A stretch of 64,000 nt of DNA from Myxococcota bacterium (lineage in GTDB: Bacteria; Myxococcota_A; UBA9160; UBA4427), in the NCBI GenBank assembly GCA_965250285.1, contig OZ252299.1:5632001-5696000 (forward strand), in the 5' to 3' direction. Below are positions 40,098 through 49,936 of this stretch, piece after piece (within the stretch, counting starts at the first letter, position 1; each line of letters opens with the position of its first letter). The notes under the pieces are model-generated. The model was not told where the DNA came from and did no database searches. It saw nothing but the letters and a program-made list of their open reading frames with translations. The translations under genes and the position numbers were made by a program.

Positions 40098-41885
40098 ATG
40101 GCCAACAAGACTCCCGTACCGCTCCTGGGTCGGCTCGCGATCCAGCTCAAGCTCGTGTCGAAGGAACAGCTCGGCTCGGCGCTGCAGAATGCCTCCGGCA
40201 CCGGCGGCAAGCTCGGCGACGTGATGGTCGAGATGGGCCTCATCAACCGCGCGCAGCTGCAGAAGCTCGAGCAGGTGCAGAAGGACGTCATCGCCAAGCA
40301 CCGCGCGAAGAAGGCGGCCGAAGCGGGCGCCGCGGCGCAGGCCGCACCGCCGGCTGCGCCCAAGCCCGATCCGGTCCACGCGGCCGCGGCGCAGGCGACG
40401 CAAGACGCGGCCCCCATGACCGGCGAGCAGGTGCTCGAGCTGAGCGAGCCCACCGGCAGCTCGGGCCTCGAACTCGGCGAGCCCGGCGGTGGTGGCGGCG
40501 ACGGTTCGGGTCTCGACATCGCGGGGCCCGGTCAGCAGAGTGGATCGGGCCTCGAACTCGCCGGCCCGGGCGAAGCGACGGGCGGGTCGGGTCTCGAGCT
40601 CGACGCCCCTGCAGGCGCCGCATCGAGTGCATCCGAGTGGGGCGATGACTCGCTCGAGCTCGGGGGGCCGGCCGCCCCTGTGGCCGAGCCCGCCGCCGCG
40701 CCTGCGGCGCCGACGCCGCAAGCGGCGCCCGCGGCCCCCAGTGCACCCCAGGCCCCGGCGCCGAGCGGCCCGCGCCTCGAGATCGAAGGCGATCCCGGGC
40801 TCGAGCTGAACCTGCCCGTCCCCGACGACGCCCATCGCCAGAAGCTCCAGCAGGTGCTGCAGGCCGGTGTTCAGGCGGGTGCGAGCGACGTCCACATTCA
40901 CGCCAACGGCCGGATCCTCTGGCGCGTGAACGGTGAGCTGACGAGCCCCGACGAGAGCGTGCTCGACCCGGCGTCGAGCGAGGCGCTGGTCTCGGCCGCG
41001 CTGACGGCCAGCGAGCAGCAGACCATCATGCGCTCGGGCGAGATCGACTACTGCCTCGAGCTGCCGGGCATCGGCCGCTTCCGCGCGAACAGCTACCGCC
41101 AGCAGCGCGGCTTCGACTCGGTGTACCGCGTGGTGTCGGCCGAGCCGCCGACCCTCGAGTCGCTCGGGCTGCCCGCAGATCTGAAGCGCTTCACGACGTA
41201 TCACCAGGGCATGGTGCTCATCACGGGCCCTGCGGGTTGCGGGAAGTCGGCCACGATGGCGGCGCTCGTGAATCTGATCAACGAAGAGCGCGAAGAGCAC
41301 ATCCTCTGCATCGAAGACCCGATCGAGATTCTGCACCCGAGCAAGAAGTGCCTGGTGAACCAGCGCCACGCGGGCCAGCACACCGCGAGCTTCGCGCGCG
41401 CCCTGCGCGGTGCGCTTCGTGAGGATCCCGATGTGATCGTCATCGGTGAGCTGCGCGACCTCGAGACGATCTCGCTCGCGATGACCGCCGCCGAGACCGG
41501 TCACTTCGTGCTCGCCACGCTGCATACGAACAACGCGGTGCGTACGATCAACCGCATGATCGGCGCCTTCCCCGCGAACGAGCAGGGGCAGATCCGCACG
41601 ATGCTGAGCGAGAGCCTGCGGGCCGTCATCTCGCAGCGCCTCGTGCCCCGGGCCGATGGCCAGGGCCGCGTGCCCGCTCTCGAGCTGCTCGTGCTCAACA
41701 AGGCGATCGCCAACCTCGTCCGCGACGAGAAGACGGTGCAGATCCGCTCTTCGATCCAGACGGGCAAGGCGCACGGCATGTACCTGCTCGAGCAGAGCCT
41801 CGACGAGCTCGCGAAGCAGAAGGTGATCACGCGTGAGACGGCGCTCAAGTTCGCCGAAGACGAGAAGCTCATCACCGGGTCCTGA
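40098..41885 (+). CDS. PilT-family type IV pilus ATPase with an N-terminal MshEN-like domain and a long low-complexity linker
   Basis: ASDVHI, GRFRAN, Walker A GPAGCGKS, IEDPIE, ALREDPDVIVIGE, AETGH..LATLHT and AIANLVRD. N-terminus LLGRLAIQLKLV..QL..AL / KLGDVMVEMGLI..QL..L..Q. Confidence 0.9.
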   Translation: MANKTPVPLLGRLAIQLKLVSKEQLGSALQNASGTGGKLGDVMVEMGLINRAQLQKLEQVQKDVIAKHRAKKAAEAGAAAQAAPPAAPKPDPVHAAAAQATQDAAPMTGEQVLELSEPTGSSGLELGEPGGGGGDGSGLDIAGPGQQSGSGLELAGPGEATGGSGLELDAPAGAASSASEWGDDSLELGGPAAPVAEPAAAPAAPTPQAAPAAPSAPQAPAPSGPRLEIEGDPGLELNLPVPDDAHRQKLQQVLQAGVQAGASDVHIHANGRILWRVNGELTSPDESVLDPASSEALVSAALTASEQQTIMRSGEIDYCLELPGIGRFRANSYRQQRGFDSVYRVVSAEPPTLESLGLPADLKRFTTYHQGMVLITGPAGCGKSATMAALVNLINEEREEHILCIEDPIEILHPSKKCLVNQRHAGQHTASFARALRGALREDPDVIVIGELRDLETISLAMTAAETGHFVLATLHTNNAVRTINRMIGAFPANEQGQIRTMLSESLRAVISQRLVPRADGQGRVPALELLVLNKAIANLVRDEKTVQIRSSIQTGKAHGMYLLEQSLDELAKQKVITRETALKFAEDEKLITGS

Positions 41886-41940
41886 TGCCCGAAGCTCCAC
41901 CCCCATTCGGGCCGCGGAGCCCGCGAACGAGAGGCGAACC

Positions 41941-43008
41941 TTGGCCGAGATCGACAAGCTCCTGGTGCACTTGAAGGAGAACGGTGGCTCCGATCTCCAC
42001 CTGGTGGCCGGGCTCGAGCCGCGCATGCGCGGCAAGGGCCGGATCGGCGTGATCGATGGCTGGGGTGTGCTCGACGACGAGCGCCTCCGCGACCTGCTCC
42101 GCGAGATCACCACGACGAAGACATGGACCGAGTACGACTCGACCGGCGATCTCGACTTCGCGTACGGGCTCGAGGGCGTCGCGCGCTTTCGTGCGAACTA
42201 CTTCGTGCAGAATGGCGGCGCGGCGGCGGTGTTTCGGATCATTCCCGAAGAGATCATCTCGCTCGAGGATCTGAAGCTGCCCCAGGCCATTCACAGCCTC
42301 GCCGATCTGCACGAGGGGCTCGTGCTCGTCACCGGCCCGACGGGCTCCGGTAAGTCGACGACGCTGGCGGCCATCATCGACCGCATCAACAAGACGTACT
42401 CGAAGCACATCGTGACGATCGAAGACCCGGTCGAGTTCGTGCACCAGAACCGCAACTGCACGTTCTCGCATCGAGAGGTCGGTCTGCACACCGAGGGCTT
42501 CTCGCCCGCGCTTCGCTCGGCGATCCGCCAGGACGCCGACGTCGTGCTCGTCGGTGAGATGCGCGAGATGGAGACGATCTCGCTCGCGATCACCGCGGCC
42601 GAGATGGGCATGCTCGTGTTCGGCACGCTCCACACCAACAACGCCGCCAAGACGGTCGACCGCATCATCGATGCGTTCCCCGCCGACGAGCAGAACATGG
42701 TGCGGCTCTCGCTCTCCGAGTCGCTCGCGGCCATCGTGTCGCAGCTGCTCGTGCCGACCGCCGACGGCAAGGGTCGCGTCGCCGCCAACGAGATCCTGCT
42801 GCGTACCCAGGGTCTGCCCAACGTGATTCGCGAGGGCAACAACCAGATGCTCTATTCGATCATCCAGTCGGGGAAATCGGAGGGCATGCAGGCGATGGAC
42901 GACGTGCTCTTCGAGTACGTCAAGGACGGCAAGATCAGCGGTCACGACGCCTTCATGAAGGCGACGGAGAAGCAGCGCTTCGAGAACTTCGTCGAAGAGG
43001 TCGCTTAG
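41941..43008 (+). CDS. pilT: Type IV pilus retraction ATPase PilT
   Basis: TTG start after gagagg. GSDLHL, RFRAN, GPTGSGKST, IEDPVE, AIRQDADVVLVGE, FGTLHT and NVIRE. Confidence 0.9.
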   Translation: MAEIDKLLVHLKENGGSDLHLVAGLEPRMRGKGRIGVIDGWGVLDDERLRDLLREITTTKTWTEYDSTGDLDFAYGLEGVARFRANYFVQNGGAAAVFRIIPEEIISLEDLKLPQAIHSLADLHEGLVLVTGPTGSGKSTTLAAIIDRINKTYSKHIVTIEDPVEFVHQNRNCTFSHREVGLHTEGFSPALRSAIRQDADVVLVGEMREMETISLAITAAEMGMLVFGTLHTNNAAKTVDRIIDAFPADEQNMVRLSLSESLAAIVSQLLVPTADGKGRVAANEILLRTQGLPNVIREGNNQMLYSIIQSGKSEGMQAMDDVLFEYVKDGKISGHDAFMKATEKQRFENFVEEVA

Positions 43009-43215
43009 GCCCCGCTTCGCCCGCGCCTGCGTCCGCGCGTCCGCGACGACTGCCTCGTCACCGAACAATCTCCTCGTTCGCTCGGCCCGACCCGCTTCGG
43101 GCCTTGGCAACCGGGCCCCCACCGCGCCACACTGGGGTGCCGCGGCGTGATCCGCCGCGCGGTTCATCCTGTCTCGGGTGTCCCGGTTCGGACCAGCGAG
43201 GTCAGCGAACAAGGC

Positions 43216-44379
43216 ATGCTGCGTCGTCTCGTGGTGATCCCGATCGCGCTGCTCTTCGCAGGCATCATCGTGGGGCTCCACTACTACCTCGCTCGGCGGC
43301 TGGTCGTCGCGCCGCAGTGGCCCGAGCCGGTCGAGTCGCTGCTGCTCGGGCTCGTGGTCGTGCTGGCCGCGCTGCTCTTCGTCGGCCCGATCGCCGAGCG
43401 CTTCCTGACCCCCGACCAGGCGAAGTGGATCGTCTGGCCGTCCGCACTCTGGATGGGCGTGGGGTGGTTGGTGCTGGTCGGGCTCGTGTTCACCGACGCC
43501 TTGATCGGGCTGCTGGGGCTCTTCGGATCCGCCGAGATGCTGCCGGTGGCCGCTCGAGTGCGTGCATTCGTCCTGCTGCTCGTGGTCGGACCGGCCACGA
43601 TCTCGGCCGTGAAGTCGGCGACGTCGAAGCCCTTCGTTCATCAGGTGCGCGTCGGCCTCGATCGCTGGCCCGACGGCGTGCGTCCGCTGCGAGTGGTGCA
43701 GATCACCGACATTCACATCGGCGTGCTGCTCGGGCGCGACTTCGCGCAGTGGCTCACCGACGAGGTCAACCGTCTTCAGCCCGACGTCATCGCGGTGACC
43801 GGCGACCTGGTCGATGGCACCGTCGAGCATCTGCGCGAACGCGTCGCGCCCTTCGCCGATCTGGCCGCTCCCCTCGGTGTCTACTTCGTGACGGGCAACC
43901 ACGATCACTACTCGGGCGGCCGCGACTGGGTCGCCGAGATCGAGCGGCTCGGGCTGACGCCTCTGCGCAATCGACACGTCGTGCTCGACGTCGACGGGCG
44001 TGAGGTCGTGCTGGCGGGCGTCGACGATCATCGCGGCGGCTACGTGCCCGGTGATGGCGGGGAAGACCTCGACGCGGCGCTCGCAGGCACGCACGACGAC
44101 CGGCCCGTCATTCTGCTCGCGCACGACCCGACGACCTTCAAGGCCGCGAAGGAGCACCACGTCGACCTGCAGATCTCGGGGCACACCCACGGCGGTCAGA
44201 TCTGGCCCTTCCACTATCTCGTCCGACTCGCGCAGCCCTGGGTCGCGGGGCTGCACCAGGAGAACGGCAGCACGATCTGGGTGAGTCGGGGGACGGGGTT
44301 CTGGGGGCCGCCGATGCGGCTCGGCGCGCCGGCCGAGATCACCAACCTCTCGATCGGCTCGCCGCTGTCGAACTTCTGA
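43216..44379 (+). CDS. Membrane-bound metallophosphoesterase (YkuE-like)
   Basis: N-terminal TM helices, then TDIH, TGDLVD, GNHD, LLAH, GHTHGGQ and GPPMRLG. Confidence 0.93.
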   Translation: MLRRLVVIPIALLFAGIIVGLHYYLARRLVVAPQWPEPVESLLLGLVVVLAALLFVGPIAERFLTPDQAKWIVWPSALWMGVGWLVLVGLVFTDALIGLLGLFGSAEMLPVAARVRAFVLLLVVGPATISAVKSATSKPFVHQVRVGLDRWPDGVRPLRVVQITDIHIGVLLGRDFAQWLTDEVNRLQPDVIAVTGDLVDGTVEHLRERVAPFADLAAPLGVYFVTGNHDHYSGGRDWVAEIERLGLTPLRNRHVVLDVDGREVVLAGVDDHRGGYVPGDGGEDLDAALAGTHDDRPVILLAHDPTTFKAAKEHHVDLQISGHTHGGQIWPFHYLVRLAQPWVAGLHQENGSTIWVSRGTGFWGPPMRLGAPAEITNLSIGSPLSNF

Positions 44380-44447
44380 GCGCGGCGCGAGCCGGCAGCG
44401 CATCGGTCAGGCGCGAGCCGGGTGCTCGATTCGCCTTCCGGCTTCCT

Positions 44448-46226
44448 CTACGTGCGATCCGAAGGGCTCGCGGCGGCGAGGCGGACGGTGAAGCATGCGC
44501 CGCCCTGCGGGTTCGGCGCGTAGACCAGCTCGCCGCCGTGGCCGCGCACGATCTCGTGCGAGATTGAGAGGCCGAGCCCGGTGCCGTCGCCCACCTCTTT
44601 CGTCGTGTAGAACGGGTCGAAGATGCGATCGCGGATCGACTCGGGCACGCCCGCGCCGTCATCGATGACGCTCACTTCGGCGCTGTCGCCGTGCTGCAGA
44701 CTCTCGATGACGATGTGCCCCTGGCCGTCGACGGCCTGCAGCGCGTTCGTCAGCAGATTGACGAACACCTGGGTCATCTGGTCGGGTGAGACGTGCGCCC
44801 GACAGTCGTGGCCGAAGCGGCGTTCGAGGCGGACGCCCGGGCCGATCTCGGGAGACGCGAGTCGAACCACGCGCTCGAGCAGCTGATTCAGGTTCGTCTG
44901 GAGCCGGCCGCCGGGCCCCGCGTGCGACAGCTCTCGCACGTCGCGGACGATCGCCGCGGCCCGGTCGATGCCCTCGACCGACTCGCTGATGAGATCTTCG
45001 CCGTCCTTCAGCACCTCTTCGAGCGAGGCGCCGTTCTCACTCGCCGCCAGGCACGCATCGAGCGTCTGCCAGTGCTCCCGCAGCACACCGAGGTTCGTGC
45101 GGACGAACGAGATGGGGTTGTTGATCTCGTGCGCGATGCCCGCGGCCATCTGGCCGACGGCGGCGAGTCGACCCGATGTCACCAGTCGGGTCTTGAGCGA
45201 CTTGACCTCACGCACGTCGCGCAATACCACGACCCGGCCGAGCGGCGCGCCGCGCTCATCGCGCACGGTCGAGATCGAGAGCGAGACCGGCTGCGAGTGT
45301 CCCGACAGGTCGAGCAGCTCGCACTCGACGCCCAGCCGATCCTCGGGCGCGCCGAGATCGAAGCCGGAGAGGTGCTCGCCGAGCGGGCGCCCGACGAGCC
45401 CTCGATGATCGTCGCCGAGCAGGTGGGCCAGGCTCTCGTTTGCGAGCACCACGTGGCCGTCGAGATCGACGAAGGCGACGCCCTCGTTCAGCGCGTGGAG
45501 GATGTGCTCCGAGATCAGCGCGGGCGTGGCCGTGATGTGCGAACCGTTCGAGCCCGAGATCGTCCAGAGCGAAGTCAGCGCGATCAGGCCGAAGCCAGCG
45601 GGTGCGAGGCGGGGTGTCTCGAAACCGAGCGCCGGCAGAACCACGTCGGACAGACCGGCGACGACGACCATCAGAATCACGCTGATGAGCAGAACGCGCC
45701 CCTTCGGTCGCCCGCGTCGGCTGAAGTCGGGCGAGTCGGCGAGCGCGCGTGAGAGCGTGACGTACGCCAACACCGCGCAGCCGAAGAGATAGACGACGCT
45801 CACTGCGAAGAGCGGGCCGTGGGCCGCCTGAGCTCCGAAGCGCGTCTGCTCGACGCCCGAGAAGACGCCGCCCGTGAACAGCTGCCCCACGAACAGTGCG
45901 CCGCCGACGGCGTACATCGCACGCCCGATGCGGCGAGCTCGCACGTGGGGCCGCAGTGCGAGTTCGAAGCAGGTCGCGATGGCCACGGGCCCGATGGCAA
46001 TCAGGGTGAGCCCCGATCCGTAGAGCGCGAACGCGTCGATGCGCTCACTGCTGCTCACGCGATAGACGAAGGCGAGGCCCGTATAGATCGCGAACAGCGC
46101 CATGATCCCACGCGTGTACGCGTTGCGTCGCCGATCGTCCGGGCTCACCGGGCCGCTCCACACCGACAGGCAGTAGGCCATGCAGAGCACGCACGAGAAC
46201 AGCGGAATCAGGGCGTACGGGTCCAT
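44448..46226 (-). CDS. Sensor histidine kinase (7TM N-terminus + PAS + HisKA + HATPase)
   Basis: About 7 TM segments, a PAS-like region, AGIAHEINNP, NLLTNA, DDGAG, FDPFYTTK and GTGLGL. No adjacent response regulator. Confidence 0.92.
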   Translation of the reverse strand: MDPYALIPLFSCVLCMAYCLSVWSGPVSPDDRRRNAYTRGIMALFAIYTGLAFVYRVSSSERIDAFALYGSGLTLIAIGPVAIATCFELALRPHVRARRIGRAMYAVGGALFVGQLFTGGVFSGVEQTRFGAQAAHGPLFAVSVVYLFGCAVLAYVTLSRALADSPDFSRRGRPKGRVLLISVILMVVVAGLSDVVLPALGFETPRLAPAGFGLIALTSLWTISGSNGSHITATPALISEHILHALNEGVAFVDLDGHVVLANESLAHLLGDDHRGLVGRPLGEHLSGFDLGAPEDRLGVECELLDLSGHSQPVSLSISTVRDERGAPLGRVVVLRDVREVKSLKTRLVTSGRLAAVGQMAAGIAHEINNPISFVRTNLGVLREHWQTLDACLAASENGASLEEVLKDGEDLISESVEGIDRAAAIVRDVRELSHAGPGGRLQTNLNQLLERVVRLASPEIGPGVRLERRFGHDCRAHVSPDQMTQVFVNLLTNALQAVDGQGHIVIESLQHGDSAEVSVIDDGAGVPESIRDRIFDPFYTTKEVGDGTGLGLSISHEIVRGHGGELVYAPNPQGGACFTVRLAAASPSDRT

Positions 46227-46479
46227 TCGGACGAGATCTCCCGGTCTGTGGATCGGCCGCTCGAAGCACAGCCTTGAACCGGCGGCGGTGGCTCCCACGG
46301 GGGTCGCGCCGATGCCTTCGACTCGCGGATCGGTCACACTCCCGGCCCCGACCCCATGTCCGTTGGACCCATCTCTCCCAGTGCCGGCTCCGTTTGCGGC
46401 AGCACGTGCGCTGGCCCGAGAGAATTCAAGCGCCAGCCGAGCCGAGCTCGAGTGATCCAGAGGAAGGAAAGAGGAAGCG

Positions 46480-47715
46480 ATGATCGAATGGAGTGAGCAG
46501 CACGAGATGATGCGCGATGCGGTCCGCAAGTTCGTCGAGGCCGAGATCGTGCCGAACGTCGAAGAGCTCGAGCACGGCGACATGCCGCCCTACGACGTCC
46601 TGCGCAAGCTCTACGCGACCTTCGGGATGGACGAGATGGCCGGTGCGCGCTTCGACAAGCAGATCGCGGCCGAAGAAGCGGCCGCGGCGAAGGGTGAGCC
46701 CGTCGAGAAGAAGGAGCGCAAGCGGGGTGGCGGCGGGGACGGCGCCGCGATGAGCCTGATCCCGATCATCGAGCTATGTCGGTTCTGCCCGGGCATGGTG
46801 ACGGCACTCGGTGTGTCGATGGGCCTCACGGGCGGCGCGATCATGAGCAAGGGCACGCTCGAGCAGAAGAAGCGCTGGGGTCGAGATGTGCTCACGATGA
46901 AGAAGATCGGCTCGTGGGCGATCACCGAGCCCGGCTCGGGCAGCGACGCCTTCGGCAGCATGCGCGCGACCGCGCGCCGCGACGGTGACGGCTACGTGCT
47001 GAATGGCAACAAGACCTTCATCACGAATGGCCCCTACGCCGACACCATCGTCTTCATCTGCAAGCTCGAAGAAGCGGGTGTCGACCCGAAGGACCGCAAG
47101 GTGCTGACGTTCGTGCTCGACAGCGGGATGGAGGGCCTCGAGCAAAGCAAGCCGATGCGCAAGATGGGCATGCACAGCTCGCCCACCGGCGAGCTCTTTC
47201 TGCAGGACGTGAAGGTCGGCCGAGATCGCCTGCTCGGCGGCAGCGAAGACAAGAGCAAGGGCCGGGAGGGGGCGAAGGACACGTTCTCGACCGAGCGCGC
47301 GGGCGTGGCAGCGATGGCCCTCGGCATCATCGAGCGCTGCCTCGAGCTGTCGCTCAAGTACGCGAAGGAGCGCGTGCAGTTCGGCAAGCCGATCGGCGAG
47401 TTCCAGCTGATTCAGGACAAGCTCGCACGCATGGAGGTCGCGCGGCTCAACGTGCAGAACCTGGTGTTTCGCGTGATCGAATCGGCCGAGGTCGGGAGCG
47501 GGCTGACGTTCGCCGAAGCGTCGGCGATGAAGCTCTACTCGGCCCGGGCCGCGATGGAAGTCGCCCTCGAGGCGGTGCAGATCTACGGCGGCAACGGCTA
47601 CATGAGTGAGTATCAGGTCGAGCAGCTGGCGCGGGACGCCAAGGTGCTTCAGATCTATGCCGGCACCGACGAGATTCAGATCAGCGCGATCGCGCGCGAT
47701 CTGCTCTCTCAGTAG
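46480..47715 (+). CDS. Acyl-CoA dehydrogenase
   Basis: AITEPGSGSD, LNGNKTFITNG, RVQFGKPIGEFQLIQ, GGNGY and IYAGTDEIQ. Confidence 0.95.
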   Translation: MIEWSEQHEMMRDAVRKFVEAEIVPNVEELEHGDMPPYDVLRKLYATFGMDEMAGARFDKQIAAEEAAAAKGEPVEKKERKRGGGGDGAAMSLIPIIELCRFCPGMVTALGVSMGLTGGAIMSKGTLEQKKRWGRDVLTMKKIGSWAITEPGSGSDAFGSMRATARRDGDGYVLNGNKTFITNGPYADTIVFICKLEEAGVDPKDRKVLTFVLDSGMEGLEQSKPMRKMGMHSSPTGELFLQDVKVGRDRLLGGSEDKSKGREGAKDTFSTERAGVAAMALGIIERCLELSLKYAKERVQFGKPIGEFQLIQDKLARMEVARLNVQNLVFRVIESAEVGSGLTFAEASAMKLYSARAAMEVALEAVQIYGGNGYMSEYQVEQLARDAKVLQIYAGTDEIQISAIARDLLSQ

Positions 47716-47724
47716 CCGCCGCGC

Positions 47725-48447
47725 ATGGCCGAGATCGATCGCCTCATCGAGATCATGGCGCGGCTGCGCGATCCCGATGACGGGTGTCCGTGGGACGTCG
47801 AGCAGACCTTCGAGACGATCGCGCCGTACACCATCGAAGAGGCCTACGAAGTCGCCCACGCCATCGAGCGGCGCGACCTCGACGATTTGCGCGAAGAGCT
47901 CGGTGATCTGCTGCTTCAGGTCGTCTACCACGCCCGCATGGCCGAGGAGCAGGGCGCCTTCGCGTTCGACGACGTCGCGACCGCCGTCAGCGACAAGTTG
48001 GTTTGGCGGCACCCGCACGTGTTCGGAGATGCGCAGAGCGGCGGGGACGAGCGTCGCTGGGAAGAGCTCAAGGCCGCGGAGCGCGCCGAGAAGCAGGCTC
48101 GGGCCCGCGCGCGTGGGCAGGCGGATGATCCGCTGGCCGACATCCCGCGCGCTCAGCCGGCGTTGATGCGGTCGAGCAAGCTCGTCGGGCGCGCCTCCAG
48201 CGAGACGGGCGACGACTGTCAGGGCGAGGCCGAGAGCGCGGCGCGGCGCCTCGTCGAGTCGCATCTCGACGCGCTCGGCGAGGGCGTCGAGGTCGAAGCG
48301 CGAGATTCTAGTGCCCTCGGAGCCATTCTACTCGCATGCGTGCGGGTTGCGCGTGCACGGGGTCTCGATGCCGAGGTGTTGCTCCGCGAGGCCAACGCCG
48401 GGCTCGAAGCGCGGATCCGCGAGCGAATCCGTCACCCGAAACCCTGA
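47725..48447 (+). CDS. mazG: MazG nucleoside triphosphate pyrophosphohydrolase
   Basis: LRDPDDGCPWD, EEAYEV, EELGDLLLQVVYH and RHPHVFG. The second domain appears degenerate. Confidence 0.9.
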   Translation: MAEIDRLIEIMARLRDPDDGCPWDVEQTFETIAPYTIEEAYEVAHAIERRDLDDLREELGDLLLQVVYHARMAEEQGAFAFDDVATAVSDKLVWRHPHVFGDAQSGGDERRWEELKAAERAEKQARARARGQADDPLADIPRAQPALMRSSKLVGRASSETGDDCQGEAESAARRLVESHLDALGEGVEVEARDSSALGAILLACVRVARARGLDAEVLLREANAGLEARIRERIRHPKP

Positions 48448-48572
48448 TCGGGCACCCGCCTCGTCAAGTGCGTGGCGTCACGCGCCGATGAGAACGAAGA
48501 GACGTTCTCGTCGGGAGGTGGATGCGCTCGCCATGGGGCCGCGCGCCCACCCTCCGCTCGCCCGAGAAGCGC

Positions 48573-48968
48573 ATGTTCGTCAGCGACGCCCATCTCTTCG
48601 TGCCGCGCGAGATCCGTTGGACGCCGATCATGGCGCTGCGGTACACCGCGTCGCGCAAGCGCAAGTCGCTGATGCGCCGTCTGAAACGAGACATCCGAAT
48701 GGTGCTGCCCGCGTTGGCGCTGGCCTGCACCTTTGCGGTCACGCTCGCGACGACCGAGCTGGCGATCATCGTCGTGCCCACGGGCGCCGAGCAGAGCCCC
48801 GGCGTGGTCCAGGTTCAGGAGACCATGGCGCGGCTGCTCGCGCCGGCTGAGCCCGAGGCCGCACCGGCACATGCCGAGCGTCGGTCGAACGAAGACGAGC
48901 GAGAGCGCGGGCCGGTGGCGGCGGACGTGCCGCGCCATGCCCGAGCCAGCGTGGCGATGCTGCACTGA
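48573..48968 (+). CDS. Hypothetical single-TM protein
   Basis: ORF filling the gap between mazG and the FKBP gene, with a basic stretch followed by a hydrophobic helix. No family recognised. Confidence 0.45.
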   Translation: MFVSDAHLFVPREIRWTPIMALRYTASRKRKSLMRRLKRDIRMVLPALALACTFAVTLATTELAIIVVPTGAEQSPGVVQVQETMARLLAPAEPEAAPAHAERRSNEDERERGPVAADVPRHARASVAMLH

Positions 48969-49001
48969 TCGCCGGCCCGAGCGCTCTTCTGGGTGCGCGG
49001 G

Positions 49002-49706
49002 CTACTCGACGATCTCGATCAGTTCGACCTCGAAGGTCAGCACCGAGCCACCCTTGATGCCCCGGTTGCCTCGGTCGCCGTAGGCGATCTCGGGCGGGCA
49101 GATCAGCGTCGCCTTCCCGCCTTCCTTCATCATGCCGACCCCTTCGGTCCAGCAGGCGATGACGCGGTTCAGAGGAAACTCGGCCGGCGTGCCGCGCTGC
49201 ACCGAGCTGTCGAACACCGTGCCGTCCCGGAGCGTGCCGTGGTAGTGCACCTTGACGGTGTCCGTCGCGCCCGGTGACTTGCCGTTGCCCGGCTCGATCT
49301 CGGTGAAGATCAGGCCCGAGGGCATCACCTTCGCGCCCTTCGACTTGCCGGCCTTCTCGAGGAAGGCGGTCCCCGCCGCCTTTTCCTTTTCGAGCGCCTG
49401 GCCAGCGCGGTCTTCCGCGAGCGTGCGCAGCTTCGGATCGAAGGTCGCTGCGTCGAGCTCCATGGCTTCGCCCGCGAGACCCGCCTCCACGCCTTCGATC
49501 ACGAGATCCTGCTCGGCCGGCGTCAACATGAAGCTGTCGAGGTTCTTGCTCATCACGACGCCCAGGTAGTAGAGCGTCTTCTCGTCGTCGTTCTTGGGCT
49601 CGGCGAGCGTCAGGCCCGGGATCGCGATGGCCACGAGCAGCGCGAGGCCGAGCGCGAGCTTTGCGGCGCGGCGGGTGAGGGGCTGCGCGAAGGAGGGGCG
49701 GGTCAT
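49002..49706 (-). CDS. FKBP-type peptidyl-prolyl isomerase (FkpA/Mip-like)
   Basis: Signal peptide, then VKVHYHGTLRDGTVFDSS, VIACWTEG, PPEIAYG and LTFEVEL. Confidence 0.95.
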   Translation of the reverse strand: MTRPSFAQPLTRRAAKLALGLALLVAIAIPGLTLAEPKNDDEKTLYYLGVVMSKNLDSFMLTPAEQDLVIEGVEAGLAGEAMELDAATFDPKLRTLAEDRAGQALEKEKAAGTAFLEKAGKSKGAKVMPSGLIFTEIEPGNGKSPGATDTVKVHYHGTLRDGTVFDSSVQRGTPAEFPLNRVIACWTEGVGMMKEGGKATLICPPEIAYGDRGNRGIKGGSVLTFEVELIEIVE

Positions 49707-49936
49707 TCTCGGGTCTCCAGACTTCGGTGAGTGAAACTCGGATCGTCGAACCCTCGGCACGGCGAGGGCCGCAGAGCATACCCCAGGCGGGGTCTCCGGG
49801 ATCAAGTGGATTCGGCGTGAACCGCAGAGCCGAGCGCACGCTCGACCAAGCCGGGCGAGCTGCGGTGTGTGCCGCGGATCACGCCCTGGCGTGCCGCACC
49901 GGAGGCCCGTGCGACACGGTTGCTAGGCTCGAAGCC

